A DNA stretch of 64,000 nucleotides from Antedon mediterranea. Taxonomy: Eukaryota; Animalia; Echinodermata. The position numbers and the translations under genes were made by a program. The stretch is taken from the NCBI RefSeq assembly GCF_964355755.1, contig NC_092672.1, forward strand, positions 23,945,237-24,009,236, in the 5' to 3' direction. How positions within the stretch are numbered: the first letter of the stretch is position 1; the number at the start of each line of letters is the position of its first letter. The notes under the pieces are model-generated. The model made no database searches. It saw only the letters and a list, made by a program, of their open reading frames with translations, and had not been told where the DNA came from. Below are positions 50,473 to 64,000 of this stretch, piece by piece.

Positions 50473-52871
50473 ATCTTTTATCAAGGTAATTGTGCTTATG
50501 TGATACAATGTTCTGGTGAAACAGTTCAAATTATTACTTAGGACATGTTAATAGATTGATCTATGACAATTTTTTGTATACTAAAGAGGTTGGAGAGAAA
50601 AGTGTTTTCTAGTGGCTTTTTTTTCCTTCACCCGATGGCCTATTGTAGAGCAAAGTTTTTAATGGAATTTTTTTTTATGACCTCTCCCCCCCCCCCAACC
50701 CTCAACTAAAAAAGTTTTAGATTACATCGTTCCGCTTGAGTTTATTTTGTAGTATAAATGAAGCATGGCCTCCTGAGCTCAATTTGATTTTTTCAAAGTT
50801 AAAATAATATATATACTAAAATGAAAATAATTTGTTACTAAAGTCACGTATCCATGGTGATTGTGATGACAGGCCCAGACTCTATACTATACCTGATATT
50901 ACGATAGTTGATTATCAATGACTTAAACAATTTAGCATTCCTATAATGCTAACTAACACCTTTTTAATGTTTATATTATATAATGCTTTTTTTTATATAC
51001 ACATTATCATACATGGATAAAACATGCAATTGATTTAACATGTTAAATTGATTATTCTAATTACAATTTTTGTTGTAGTGTGTAGTATTGATAAAAATGT
51101 TAATATGCATAGAAATCTTTTGAATTGCAATAAATAAACACTTGACCTTTTTGTACGACAATTAAAAAAAGCATTATAGTGAACAAAAACTATGATGCCA
51201 AGTTGGTAGAAATTGGTTTAAGGATTGTTGTATTTTCTTGAGAAATCAGTAGATCAGAAATATTTAAAAAACAATAATTAAAATGAAATTGCAACAATTT
51301 GAATATCATTTATTAGTAGGACTGTACTAAGCCCAAACTCATACTTACAGTGAGAGCTCACACATTTCATTTTACATACACATGCACTTGAAAATGAAAG
51401 TTACACAATGATGACACATTATCATCAAAACAAATGTAAATATACTTTACATTAATTGTTTCTCCACTTAACTGTTTTCATAGTCACATTATTATCATTT
51501 ATATGGGACTGTTTTGTACTACAATTCTTTATGCTGTTATCAAAATGACTTTATACTATACTGCAATATTTACATTGATCTTCTGTTCTGGTAAAGTAGA
51601 CCCTATCATAGAGGCTTACACTATGTATATGGTCTACTCGCCCTCCTTTTCGGCCGCTATAAATGTATTGGCCACGAAACATTAATTACATTACTCAAAA
51701 TTTGCGCCACCTTAATTCTGTAGTATTTGTCCATAGTATTTCAAGAACGAATTCTGCTCATTATAATATTTTTAATTCATTTCCACGTCTGTTCATAACT
51801 TGCCTCCAAATGTTAAAGATAGTCTAGTTAGTTTCAGATAGTTTTCCCTTTCTTCATTTATATATTCACTTAAGAAAAACTTGCCTCAAATACTGTCTGA
51901 ACTCAATGAAATGTGAAATGTTATTTTAAACTGTTTTTCTGTATTTAAGTTTATTTATTTTTTACACTTTAGGGGTGTCATACTTTATTTTATCGTTCAC
52001 ACCAACAGTTGATTGAATGTAATGTTTAAATATTATCTACTCAACAAAAATATGTTCCATTTGTATAATGTATAGTAATAAATTAATAAACCTTACATTA
52101 TTCTTTCTTTGCGCATCTAAATACCTTATAAAGTATGAATACACATGTGGTTGATAACCACAATAAAGTAAAATATAGATAAATTGGCCAGACATGACAT
52201 ACATGTTCTTTTAATTCCAATTGGTACACATACTGGCCCACATCTTTCTGTTTCACTACATCATACTGGTCCTGCCAGTTGAATCTATTTCTACAGAGCA
52301 ATCTCACTATTTAAACAAATTCCGAAACTTATTTAAAAGGTGGGATTCTATGGTGTTTTCTGTCTGCAAATAACTTTCTGAATTCCAATAATTCAGACAA
52401 CAATCAATAAAAATAAACAAGAAATAATTTTTACTGTAAAAAAAGACTTTCTGAGATAACAGTTTTAATTATTGTTCTTTCTTCATTAAATGATATTTTT
52501 TAAATTGATATTCTATTTAATAATTTAAGAAATAAAGATTTATTATCCATTATTTTTGTTTAAAAATCAGTAGTAAACATTTTGTGTAACATAAATATAG
52601 TTTAAATTACTATAGACTATAGTACTATGCATATTCTTAGTGGCATTACTCCCTAAGGTTTGAGTGACCCACTCATACCCACAAACATTTCATTCAGTGA
52701 ACAAAAAATGTATAATTTTCCATGAGCTTTCGTTGTACAGCAGCAGCCGACAAACATACACACTAATCAAACAATTGTCATCTATATACACCCCATTCGG
52801 CAAAAATATTTACCATAGAGAAAGGATTGTTTTGACCCGATTCAATGAATTGATATATATGATGGTAATTA

Positions 52872-54587
52872 TTGGTTATCCGCAACGAAGTTGCAGGATA
52901 ACCTCTTGTGATTGTACGAAATCATCATCAACATCATCAACTTTTTATTAGTTATCCGCATTTAGCGGATAACTCCTTGTAACTGTCCTGTGTCTTTTTG
53001 GTTATCCGCAACTTAGTTGCAGGATAACCCATGTGATTGTAAATATCTTTTTTTTTCATCATCTTCTTTGTTCTTCTTTCTTTCCCTGATTTTGTGAGCA
53101 GCATATCCCCTATAGCTTATGAATATAACTTTTGTATAACTTTGTCATTATATGGACATTTACCTGAAGTTGTGCACCTCCATATTTTGAATGACGTCAG
53201 AGTTGCGCAACGTGACTTACGCGCGATTTTATGAATTTCAATGATTGATCATAGGATAAAAAATAAAAGTCATTTTGAATTGACACTTAGTGAAAATTTA
53301 AGTTATATCAAGGGCAAACTTTCTATGGATTAAAAATGGCATGTTTTACAAGAAGTTACGCGCGCACGCGCATTTAAAGTTTCAAAATGCGCAAAATTAA
53401 TTTCTAATCAACTTTCTACGCTGATCATGACATTTTGAGCATGTCAAAATTTCCCACGCGCGCGAAAAAAAATATGCGCGCGGTGCGCACGAAGCGTTAA
53501 AAACAGATTTTTTTGTATGATTTATGTTTTTTCAGCCTTTTCTCGTAATTTTACCAACTTTTAAACAATTTCGACTTAAAATCACGTCATACGAGCACGT
53601 TGATTTGGACCATATGCGCGCGTTTTAGTTGAAAAAGTTACAAAATATTGTCAAAATAATGCCTATTTTGAATCTATTATAGCTCTTCAGGATCAAAGGT
53701 GACCCCCAATTTTTTTAACTTATTATGCAAGAAGATAAATTGTAGATATGAATTCATGCAGAATCTTTACCCCTCGGATGTTATGACGTCATCGTATGGC
53801 CACACGAATGTAAAATATAGGATTTTTTACTCTTTCGTTATTGCTAATCACATTAAATAGAGCGCATCTCGCTTATACGTATTCCATTTCCTCAGATATT
53901 TTAATACTGTCTAGGTTAATCAACTATCTTTCGCATGAGTTAAAAATATTTTAATTTTTATGACGTCATCATGTCTGAAAATGTAAATAACGTGGGTAAC
54001 CTTATTTCATCTTTACAGTAAGTTTCAATCTGTTATAGCTCGTCAGAATAAAAAGTGATAATCATGAATAAAACGTTTTCTGGAAGCTATTGGATTGTAG
54101 ATACAAATTCTTGTGAATATTTTGCCAATCAGATCTTGTGACGTCATTATATGGGCAGTTGAATTCAAAAGGTCATATTTTCATATTTTTCGTCATAGTT
54201 CATTATATTTAAAAGAGCGCGCATCAATATTAAACGTATTCAAATTTCTTCTACACGTTAATATGTTGTTGCTGAGATACATTCCTTCCGAAATCTTAGT
54301 GTTTCATCTTGATACCGTCGCCATGTTACAAATTTGAATAAATGGCGGGTCCCGTAATTTCACCTCTTCTACACTGTATGTAACATGTATACAGATTATA
54401 CTGTTTTCATGTATATACTATATGACACAAAATTGACAGAATTCAGCACTAACAACATATCATATTCTTCAGATCAGGTCATAATGCCATAATTTTTTTC
54501 TGTGTGCAATATTCTAACGTATGACGTGCACGTGGCGTTTGTCGTGCGGATAACTAACTCGTCAAAGTGATGAGTTACATGTCTAGT
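52872..54587 (+). mobile_element. Helentron/DINE-1-like non-autonomous element: three 5' hairpin heads and one body
   Basis: Heads gttatccgc..gc(a)ggataac at ~52872, ~52946 and ~52999. The 3' end is tgcggataact + stem-loop aactcgtcaaagtgatgagtt + ctagt. Confidence 0.8.
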
Positions 54588-56170
54588 TAGTTGATCATTT
54601 AGAATGAAATGATCACCTATTGTTATTGTATGAAATCTTATTCCGCTTTATTTCTTTCTGTACAGATTTTGTGTGTCAATTATCTCAAAAAGTAAAATGT
54701 CAATGATCACAAAAATTTTACAATATCTTCCAAATACTTTAACTTAATCCTAATAAGCTTTTCAACATGATCACTCAACCGTGACGTCATTTATACGCCA
54801 TTTTGTGAAATCACATTATCAATCATATCTCCATAATTCATTATCACATATTAATGAAATTTATTACACGTAAACTTCAGGTCAAGGGTAAAAATATTAG
54901 CAAGTAAAAACGCACGCGCACGTAGGGTCATGCGCGTAAAATCGCGCGTTCAAAATTTAAAAAGCTCAAAATTAAGTTTTAATCAATTTAGAGCATGAAT
55001 TAGGCCATTTGCGTGTTTAAAAAAATTACTGCGCAAAAATGCGTTTTTCAGCGCGCAATTCTTAAAAAGCGTAAAAATACGAATTTTTTGTAGAAATCGC
55101 CTTTTACCCACCATCCTTAGTACATTCACCGAATTTGAGTTCGTTCCGACTTAAAATAACGCTATACGAGCATGTTAAAAATGACAAAATGCGCACATAA
55201 CTGCATAAAAGTGCTGAAAATGATGAAAAATAAGGCATTTTTAAAATGAAAATCATTCTTCAGAATGCACGATGACCCCCAATTTTTTTTAATTATTCTG
55301 GAAGCCATTGAGTTCTAGATATAAATTCATGTACACATTTGACGTACAAAATGTTGTGAGGTCACCAAATGGCCACTCAAATTTAAAAATTAGGTTTTTT
55401 TCTCTTTTGTCATAGATTATCACATTCAACTGAGCGCATCTCGGTTATTTTGTGCCCGATTTTCGCAAAATTTTTTGTATATGATTGCTCATTTAATTAT
55501 CTTTCTCATGAGTTGTCAACATTTTCATTTTGAAGACGTCATCACGCGTAAAAACTTGAATAACTTAGGTCGTGTAATTTCAGCTACACCATACAGTTGA
55601 ATATCTTATAGCTCCTCAGAATTAAAGGTGACCTTGAAGATTATAATTTATTATGAAAGCTGATGAAATGTAGATATGAATTCATATAAAAATTAAGCCT
55701 ATCGGATGTTGTGATGTTATCATATGGCCAGTTGAAGTTAAAAAGTAGTTTTTAAATTTCTTTAGTCGAAGTTATACAAATTTCAAAGAGCGCGCATTGC
55801 GCTTATACGTGTCAAATTCTCTTCCAATCCTTATATTTATTTGCTCAATTCATTATCTTTCGAAATTGTCATCTTTGAGTTTATTTTGATAATTCCATCA
55901 CATCATACCAAAAAAATAGAACACGATGTGGGTCCCGTAATTTCACCTCTGCTACACTGTATAGATATACAGATACTGTACATATTGTATATGACACATA
56001 ATAGGTACAGCTCAGCACTATATGTGTATATGCATCATGTCATAGGATGGCGTACATCAGCTTTTTATGATCGCATGTTAACGTACGTGCATGTTTAAAA
56101 AGTGTTAATTTCATTAAAATGATAAAAATGATCACCTATAATTCGTCAAAGTGACGAATTAAATTCTAGT
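54588..56170 (+). mobile_element. Helentron/DINE-1-like element, second related family
   Basis: Head hairpin gatcattt..aaatgatcacct. The 3' end is aaatgatcacct + aattcgtcaaagtgacgaatt + ctagt. The body is distantly similar to its neighbours. Confidence 0.8.
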
Positions 56171-59100
56171 TAGTTATCCGCACTATGGCGGATAACTCCT
56201 TGTAACTGTCCTGTTTCATCATCTTTTTTTTTTTTTTTTTCTGTATTATTAGTTATCCGCACTATGGCGGATAACTCCTTGTAACTGTCCTGTTTCATCA
56301 TCTTTTTTTTTTTCTGTATTATTAGTTATCCGCACTATGGTTGCACTATGGTGGATAACTCCTTGTAACTGTCCTGTTTCATCATCTTTTTTTTTTTTTT
56401 TTTTTCTGTATTATTAGTTATCCGCATTCAGCGGATAACTCCTTGTAACTGTCCTGTTTCATCTTCTTTTTTTTCTGTATTCTTCTTTCTTTCTGTCATT
56501 TTTGTGCAGAGCGTATCTCTAAAACATGTAAACATAACATTTCATAACTTTGTCAACATATGGGCATTCGCGTGAAGTTGTGCCCCTCTTATTGTGAATG
56601 ACGTCAGAGTTACGCAACGTGACTTACGCACGTTTTTACGTTTTTCGCGTATTTAACATAGATCGAAAACCATATAACAATTTCAAATGAAACTTAGCAT
56701 AAGTTTAATTTATATCATGCGCTAACTTTATGTGTAAAAAAAATGACATGTTTCAAACGAAGTTACGCGCGTACGCGCGTTTAAAATTTCAAAATGCGAA
56801 AAATCAATTTCTAATCAATTTTCTACGCGTTTCATGTCATTTTAAGCATGTCAAAAATTCCCAGGCGCGCGCAATTTTTTTACGCAAGCGGACGCACGTA
56901 GCGCAAAACACTTTTTTTTTCGCGTGATTTATGTTTTTCCTGCCTTTTCTAGTAATTTTACAAACTTTTAAACAATTTCGACTTAAAATCACGTCATACG
57001 GGCACGTAGAATTGGATAATTTTCGCGAGTTTTTGATGAAAAAGTTAACAAATTTGTCAAAATTTGTCAAAATTATGCCTTTTTTTAAACAGTCGTAATT
57101 TCTAAACTGGACGGTCATTTTTTTGTGGATGACATATTCTTGAAGTTGATGAGTTATAGATATCGGATCATGTATTAATATGGCTAACCGGACATTGTGA
57201 CGTCATCGTATGGCCACGCGTATCTAAAATATAGGATTTTTGTATCTTTCGTCGTAGCTCATCACATTTAATAGAGCGCATCTCTACTTATCCGTTTTCC
57301 ATTTTTACCCCGATTGTGATATTGTCTAGATCAATCAACTATCTTTCGCATGAGTTAAAAATATTTTAATTTTTATTACGTCATCATGTCTAAAAACGTA
57401 AATAACGTGGGTCAATTATTTTCATCTTTACAGTAAATTTCAATCTGTTATAGCTCGTCAGAATAAAAAGTGATAATCATGATTAAAATGTTTCCTGGAA
57501 GCTATTGGATTGTAGATACGAATTCATGTGAACATTTTTCCAATCCGACGTTCTGATGTTATCATATGGCCAGTTGAATAATAAAAGTCGTATTTTCATA
57601 TTTTGCGTAATAGTTCATCACATTTAAAAGGGCGCGCATCTATATTTTACGTATTCAAATTTCTTCTACACGGTAATATGTGATTGCTGAGATAATGTCC
57701 TTCCAAAATTGCTATCTTAGTGTTTCATTTTGATACCGTCGCCAAGTTAAAAATAAGAATAAACGGGGGGTCCCGTAATTTCACCTATTCTACACTGTAT
57801 GTAACATGTATACAGATTACCGTTTGCACTGTATATACTATATGACACAAAATTGACAGAATTCAGCACTAACAGCATTGATATTCTTCAGTTCAGGTCA
57901 TAATGCCATAATCTTTTTCCGTGTACAAAATTCCAACGTATGACGTGCGCGTGGCGTTTGTCGTGCGGATAACTAACTCGTCAAAGTGACGAGTTACATG
58001 TCTAGTTCTTTCTTTCTGTCAATTTTGTGCAGAGCGTATCTCTAAAACCTGTAAAGTTAACATTTCATAACTTTGTCAACATATGGGCATTCACGTGAAG
58101 TTGTGCTTTCCTATTTTTGAATGACGTCAGAGTTGCGCAACATGACTTACGCGCGTTTTTACGAATTTCGCGTATTTAACATAGATCAAAAACCATATAA
58201 CAATTTAAATTGAAACTTAACAAAAGTTTAAATTATATCTTGCACTAACTGACTGTGGAAAAAAAATGGCATGTTTTACACAAAGTTACGCGCGCACGCG
58301 CATTTAAAATTTCAAAATGCGCAAAATTACTTTCTAATCAACTTTCTACGCGTTTCATGTCATTTTGAGCATGTCAAAAATTCCCACGTGCGCTCAAATT
58401 TTTACGCGCGCGGTACGCACGTAGCGTTGAAAACAATTTTTTTTGCGTGATTTATGTTTTTCTAGCCTTTTCTAGTAATTTTACCAACTTTTGAACAATT
58501 TCGACTTAAAATTACGTCATACGGGCACGTTGAATTGGATAATTTACGTGCATTTTTGATGAAAAAGTTCAAAAAATCGTCAAAATTTGTCAAAATTATG
58601 CCCTTTTTTAAACAGTCGTAGTTCCTAAACTAAACGGTGAAAGTAATTTTTTTTGCATATTCTGAAAGTTGATGAGTTGTAAATTTTGGATCATGCATTA
58701 ATATGGCTAACCGAACATTGTGACGTCACCGTATGGCCATGCGAATATAAAATATAGGATTTTTGTATCTTTCATCATAGCGCATGACATTTAATAGAGC
58801 GCATCTCCAATTATCTGTTTTCCATTTTTACCCCGATTTTTATATTATCTAGGTCAACCAACTATCTTTCGTATGAGTTAAAAATACTTTAATTTTTATG
58901 ACGTCATCATGTCTAAAAATGTAAATAACGTGGGTCACTTATTTTCGTCTTTACAGTAAATTTCAATCTGTTATAGCTCGTCAGAATAAAACGTGATAAT
59001 CATGATTAAAACGTTTTCTGGAAGCTATTGGATTGTAGATACGAATTTATGTAAACATTTTGCCAATCGGATGTTGTGACGTCATCATATGACCAGTTAA

Positions 59101-62100
59101 ATAGAAAAAGTCGTATTTTCATCTTTTGCGTCATAATTCATCACATTTAAAAGAGCGCGCATCAATATTTTACGTATTTAAATTTCTTCTACACATTAAT
59201 ATGTTGTTGCCGAGATAATTTCCTTCCGAAATTGCTATCTTAGTGTTTAATTTTGATACCGTCGCTATGTTAAAAATTGGAATAAATGGCGGGTCCAGTC
59301 ATTTCACCTATTCTACACTGTATGTAATATGTATACAGATTATATTGTATATATAATATGACACAAAATAACAGAATTCAGCAGCAATAACAACATATCA
59401 TATTCTTCAGTTCAGGTCATATTGCCATAATCTTTTTCTGTGTGCAATATTCTAACGTATGACGTCTACGTGGCCTTTGTCGTGCGGATAACTAACTCGT
59501 CAAAGTGACGAGTTACATGTCTAGTTCTTCTTTCTTTCTGTCATTTTTGTGCAGAGCGTATCTCTAAAACGTGTAAAGTTAACATTTTATAACTTTGTCA
59601 ACATATGGGCAATCATGTGAAGTTGTGCTTTCCTATAATTGAATGACGTCAGAGTTGCGCAACATGACTTACGCGCGTTTTTATGAATTTCGCGTATTTA
59701 ACATAGATCGAAAACCATATAACAATTTAAGTTGAAACTTAGCAAAAGTCTAATTTATATCGTGCGCTAACTTTTTGTGCACTAAAAATGGCATGTTTTA
59801 CACGAAGTTACGTGCGCCGCACGCGCATTTAAAATTTTAAAATGCGAAAAATCAATTTCTAATCAACTTTCTACGCGTTTCTTGTCATTTTGAGCATGTC
59901 AAAAATTCCCACACGTGCGCAAATTTTTACGCGCGAGGGGCGCACGTAGCGTTAAAAACGTCATTTTTTCGAGTGATTTATGTTTTTCCAGCCTTTTCTA
60001 GTAATTTTACCAACTTTTAAACAATTTCGACTTCAAATTACGTCATACGAGCACGTAGAATATGATAATTTGCGCGCTTTTTTTATGAAAAACTACAAAA
60101 ATTCGTCAAAATTATGCCTTTTTTTAAACAGTCGTAGTTTCTAAACTAAACGGTGAAAGTTATTTTTATTGCATATTCTGGAAGTTGATGAGTTGTAAAT
60201 ATCAAATCATACATTAATATGGCTAACAGGACATTTTGACGTCATCGTATGGCCACGCGAATATAAAATATAGGATTTTTGTCTCTTTCGTTATTGCTCA
60301 TCACATTCAATGGAGCGCATCACGCTTATCCGTATTCCATTTTCTCCGAGATTTTAATATTGTCTATGTCAATCAACTACCTTTTGCATGAGTTAAAAAT
60401 ATTTTAATATTTGTAACGTCATCATGCCTAAAAATGTTAATTACTTGGGTCATTAATTTCATCTTTACAGTAAATTGTAATCTGTTATCGCTCGTAAGAA
60501 CAAAATGGGATAATCACGATTAAAATGTTTTCTGGAAGCTATTGGATTGTAGATACGAAATCATGTAAACATTTTGCCAATCGGATGTTGTGACGTCATC
60601 ATATGCCCAGTTAAATAAAAAAAGTCGTATTTTCATCTTTAGCGTCATAGTTCATTACATTTAAAAGAGCGCGCATCAATATTTCACGTGTTCAAATTTC
60701 TTCTACACGTTAATATGTTGTTGCTGAGATAATTTCCTTCCGAAATTGCTACATTCGCGTTTCATTTTGAAACCGTCAATAAGTTAAAAATTTGAATAAA
60801 TAGCGGGTCCCGTAATTTCACCTATTCTACACTGTATGTGATATGTATACAGATTATACTGTGTATACTATATGACACAAAATAACAGAATTCAGCAATA
60901 AAAACATATCATATTCTTCAGTTCAGGTCACAATGCCATAATCTTTTTGCGTGTGCAATATTCCAACGTATGACGTGCACGTGGCGTTTGTCGTGCGGAT
61001 AACTAACTCGTCAAAGTGACGAGTTTCATGTCTAGTTCTTCTTTCTTTCTGTCATTTTTGTGCAGAGCATATCTCTAAAACGTGTAAAGTTAACATTTTA
61101 TAACTTTGTCAACATATGGGCAATCACGTGAAGTTGTGCTTTCCTATAATTGAATGACGTCAGAGTTGCGCAACATGAGTTACGCGCGTTTTTATGAATT
61201 TCGCGTATTTAACATAGATCAAAAACCATATTACAATTTAATTTGAAACTTAGCAAAAGTCTAATTTATATCGTGCGCTAACTTTTTGTGCACTAAAAAT
61301 GGCATGTTTTACACGAAGTTACGCGCGTACGCGCGTTTAAAATTTTACAATGCGAAAAATCAATTTCTGATCAACTTTCTATGCGTTTCATGTCATTTTG
61401 AGCATGTCAAAAATTCCCACACGTGCGCAAATTTTTACGCGCGTGGTGCACACGTAACGTTAAAAACGTCATTTTTCCGAGTGATTTATGTTTTTCCAGC
61501 CTTTTCTAGTAATTTTACCAACTTTTAAACAATTTCGACTTCAAATTACGTCATACGAGCACGTAGAATATGATAATTTGCGCGCTTTTTTGATGAAAAA
61601 CTTCAAAAATTCGTCAAAATTAAGCCTTTTTTTAAACAATCGTAGTTTCTAAACTAAACGGTAAAAATTATTTTTATTACATATTCTGGAAGTTGATGAG
61701 TTGTAGATATCAGATCATGCATTAATATGGCTAACCGGACATTGTGACGTCATCGTATGGCCACGCGAATATGAAATTTAGGATTTTTGTATCTTTCGTC
61801 ATAACTCCTCATATTTAATAGAGCGCATCTCCACTTATCCGTTTTCCATTTTCACCCCGATTTTGATATTGTCTAGGTCAATCAACTATCTTTAGCATGA
61901 GTTAAAAATATTTTAATTTTTATGACGTCATCATGCCTAAAAATTTAAATTACGTGTGGCATTAATTTCATCTTTACAGTAAATTTCAATCTGTTATAGC
62001 TCGTAAGAATAAAATGTGATAATCACGATTAAAACGTTTTCTTGAAGCTATTGGATTGTAGATACAAAATCATGTGAAAATTTTGCCAATCGGATGTGGT

Positions 62101-62379
62101 GACGTCATCATATGGCCAGTTAAATAAAAAAAGTCGTATTTTCATATTTTGCGTCATAGTTCATTACATTTAAAAGAGCGCGCATTAATATTTCACGTAT
62201 TCAAATTTCTTCTACACGTTAATATGTTGTTGCTGAGATAATTTCCTTCCAAAATTGCTACCTTCGCGTTTCATTTTAAAATCATCAACATGTTAAAAAT
62301 TGCAATAAATAGCGGGTCCCGGAATTTCCGCTATTCTACACTGTATGTGATATGTATACAGATTACACTGTATACTATA
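56171..62379 (+). mobile_element. Stack of four Helentron/DINE-1-like elements: four heads, then four ~1.5-kb bodies
   Basis: Heads at ~56171, ~56247, ~56320 and ~56412. Bodies end in ctagt at 58006, 59525 and 61036; the fourth is interrupted at 62380. Confidence 0.85.
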
Positions 62380-64000
62380 TGTGACCCGATCTGGCAAAAC
62401 CCTCTCTTTGTCGGCAATTCAAAATTCACGTAATCAGTCAAAATACGTCCAAATCGACTACCCTGACAGATTACATGTTTTTGCATTTTCGAAATATTTC
62501 ACTATTTAAGAATACGTCTACCTGATTTAAACTCCCGAAATTTAACTAAAATTATGAAAAAAAGAGAGTTTTAAAAACATGTATTTTCCTCAAGCCTAAC
62601 AATTTATTCACGATCTACGCTAAAATTTTGCGTAAATTGAGTTGAAAGTTGCCGAGTTTTACGACATTTTGATCGCCAGTTCGCTGCACAATGTTGAAAG
62701 GTCACGCATCAAAATAAAGCTCATCCATTTGACATTCCAAATATGGAAGTTTTAGGGCGGAGTTTAAAGAAGGAACCAATGAAAACTTTGATTTACTATG
62801 ACATCATTTCAGAAAATTCGGTTCTTCGAAGTTTCTGGAACAGCGAACTGCGTGTGTTGCTATGGCGCATCATCGCAATAACAAACGTTATTGGTCAACG
62901 CGCTAGATGTTATACGCTCTACGCGCGGAAATAAAAAGTTGTTTACATTTTTGTGAGGTTATTTTTATTTTACACACAGCATGTCATTGGAATAAAAACG
63001 ATTTTAATATTCAAAGTAAAGTGTTCTGCAATAGCTGTAGTGTGTATTTGTTTATTCCATAGTAAAATAGACAAGTCAAAAACAATTCACGTCATAAATT
63101 CAATTGTATTTTCTATTTTTTTTTTGGGCTAGTAGGCCCTAGGCCTAATTTTATTATGGTTGTAGGCCTACTACTACTGGGCCTAGCTTTATATTATTGT
63201 CAATAGTTTTATTTATACATTTTATATATCCAATCGGCTCTTAATTATTTATTTAATTTATTGTCCATTCCTTTAATATTAAATGTTTTTTTAAATCATT
63301 GGATTCAAGCCCAAACATCACAGCGAATCTTCCATGTTATGAAAAAAAAACCAAATGTAATCGTCAATACAGTGTATTAGCTTGCAATTAGCTGTGACTC
63401 TGCAAGGCGCCTAACTTGTCTAGACTAACGCTAGCCCCCGTGTCGATGCACCGCTGCCATACACGGCCTGATGAACACCCATCATCAGTAGGTCTTAATA
63501 CAGGCGATGACGGCGAAAATCTGAATAGGCGCGCCTAGGCCTAGGCCTAGGCCTGCTTGGTTTTTTGCCGTTGATATCGTAAACACTTCCGAAACCAACA
63601 TTAGCTTGGTAGTTATAATGCTGCTTTTCAATAGTGCAAAATAGTTAATTTGAGTGACTAAATAGGTTAAAACGGCGTCTGAAATCAGTCAAATTGACCA
63701 TGTGTCCACGCTGCTGCTATATCGCACACACTTCCTGGTATGACGTCATTGTGCCTTAGACCAAAATAGCGCGTTGCTACGCGGAGTGAGTTTTCAGCGC
63801 GTATCAAAAAGAATTTCATTGAAAACTTCAAACGCGATTTTCTCGTAAACTAATTGAATGATTTGTAAGTTTTTAAAATATAATAACTTTTTAAATATTT
63901 ACTAAATTTTTATGAAATAAACACCATTGCAAAGCTTATGATTCAAATAATCCAAATATATAAAAAAATACAAAATGAATATTTCCGACAAAAGTAGGGT
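62380..64000. mobile_element. Unclassified TIR element (TGTGACC.. terminus), cut by the window edge
   Basis: Left end tgtgacccgatctggcaaaaccctctctttgtcggcaat. The final bases atttccgacaaaagtagggt are an imperfect reverse complement of ~62399-62418. Inserted at ctata(t) of the Helentron body. Confidence 0.75.

Noticed and set aside
51596-51640. Imperfect palindrome gtagacc..catag..ctatg..ggtctac
   Set aside because: No clear TSD and weak symmetry; cannot be called as an element.
54113-61528. Short ORFs in the Helentron-like bodies (54113, 55841, 56730, 56837, 61286)
   Set aside because: Not maintained across the paralogous bodies and no Rep/helicase motifs.
1-64000. tRNA or rRNA genes
   Set aside because: No recognisable cloverleaf, A/B boxes or rRNA sequence seen by eye; a covariance-model scan was not possible.

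Overview
AT-rich eukaryotic (animal, probably invertebrate) genomic DNA with no confidently recognisable host gene. The window is almost entirely nested transposable elements and tandem repeats. From left to right: (1) a decayed RTE-X-like LINE (+) interrupted by a 5'-truncated, near-intact L1/Tx1-clade element (-) with a 17-bp target-site duplication (TSD); (2) an IS3EU-like DDE transposase pseudogene (-) and its terminal region; (3) a ~6 kb 85-bp satellite carrying a MULE-like MITE with a 10-bp TSD; (4) an old CR1-like LINE split by a Harbinger-like MITE and a ~7 kb CACTA/EnSpm-like relic with two divergent spliced pseudogenes; (5) a rearranged local duplication, minisatellites and an RTE 3' fragment; (6) a ~9 kb 65-bp satellite with a ~1.37 kb higher-order repeat and a CR1 3' insertion; (7) a ~9.5 kb cluster of Helentron/DINE-1-like non-autonomous elements that appear to have inserted repeatedly into the same site of one another; and (8) a TIR element cut by the window edge. 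Most short ORFs in the track are repeat or antisense artefacts. Family assignments rest on recalled motifs, not database searches, and coordinates were counted by eye. I see no clear evidence of a wholly new biological system. The most unusual structure is the nested Helentron stack.
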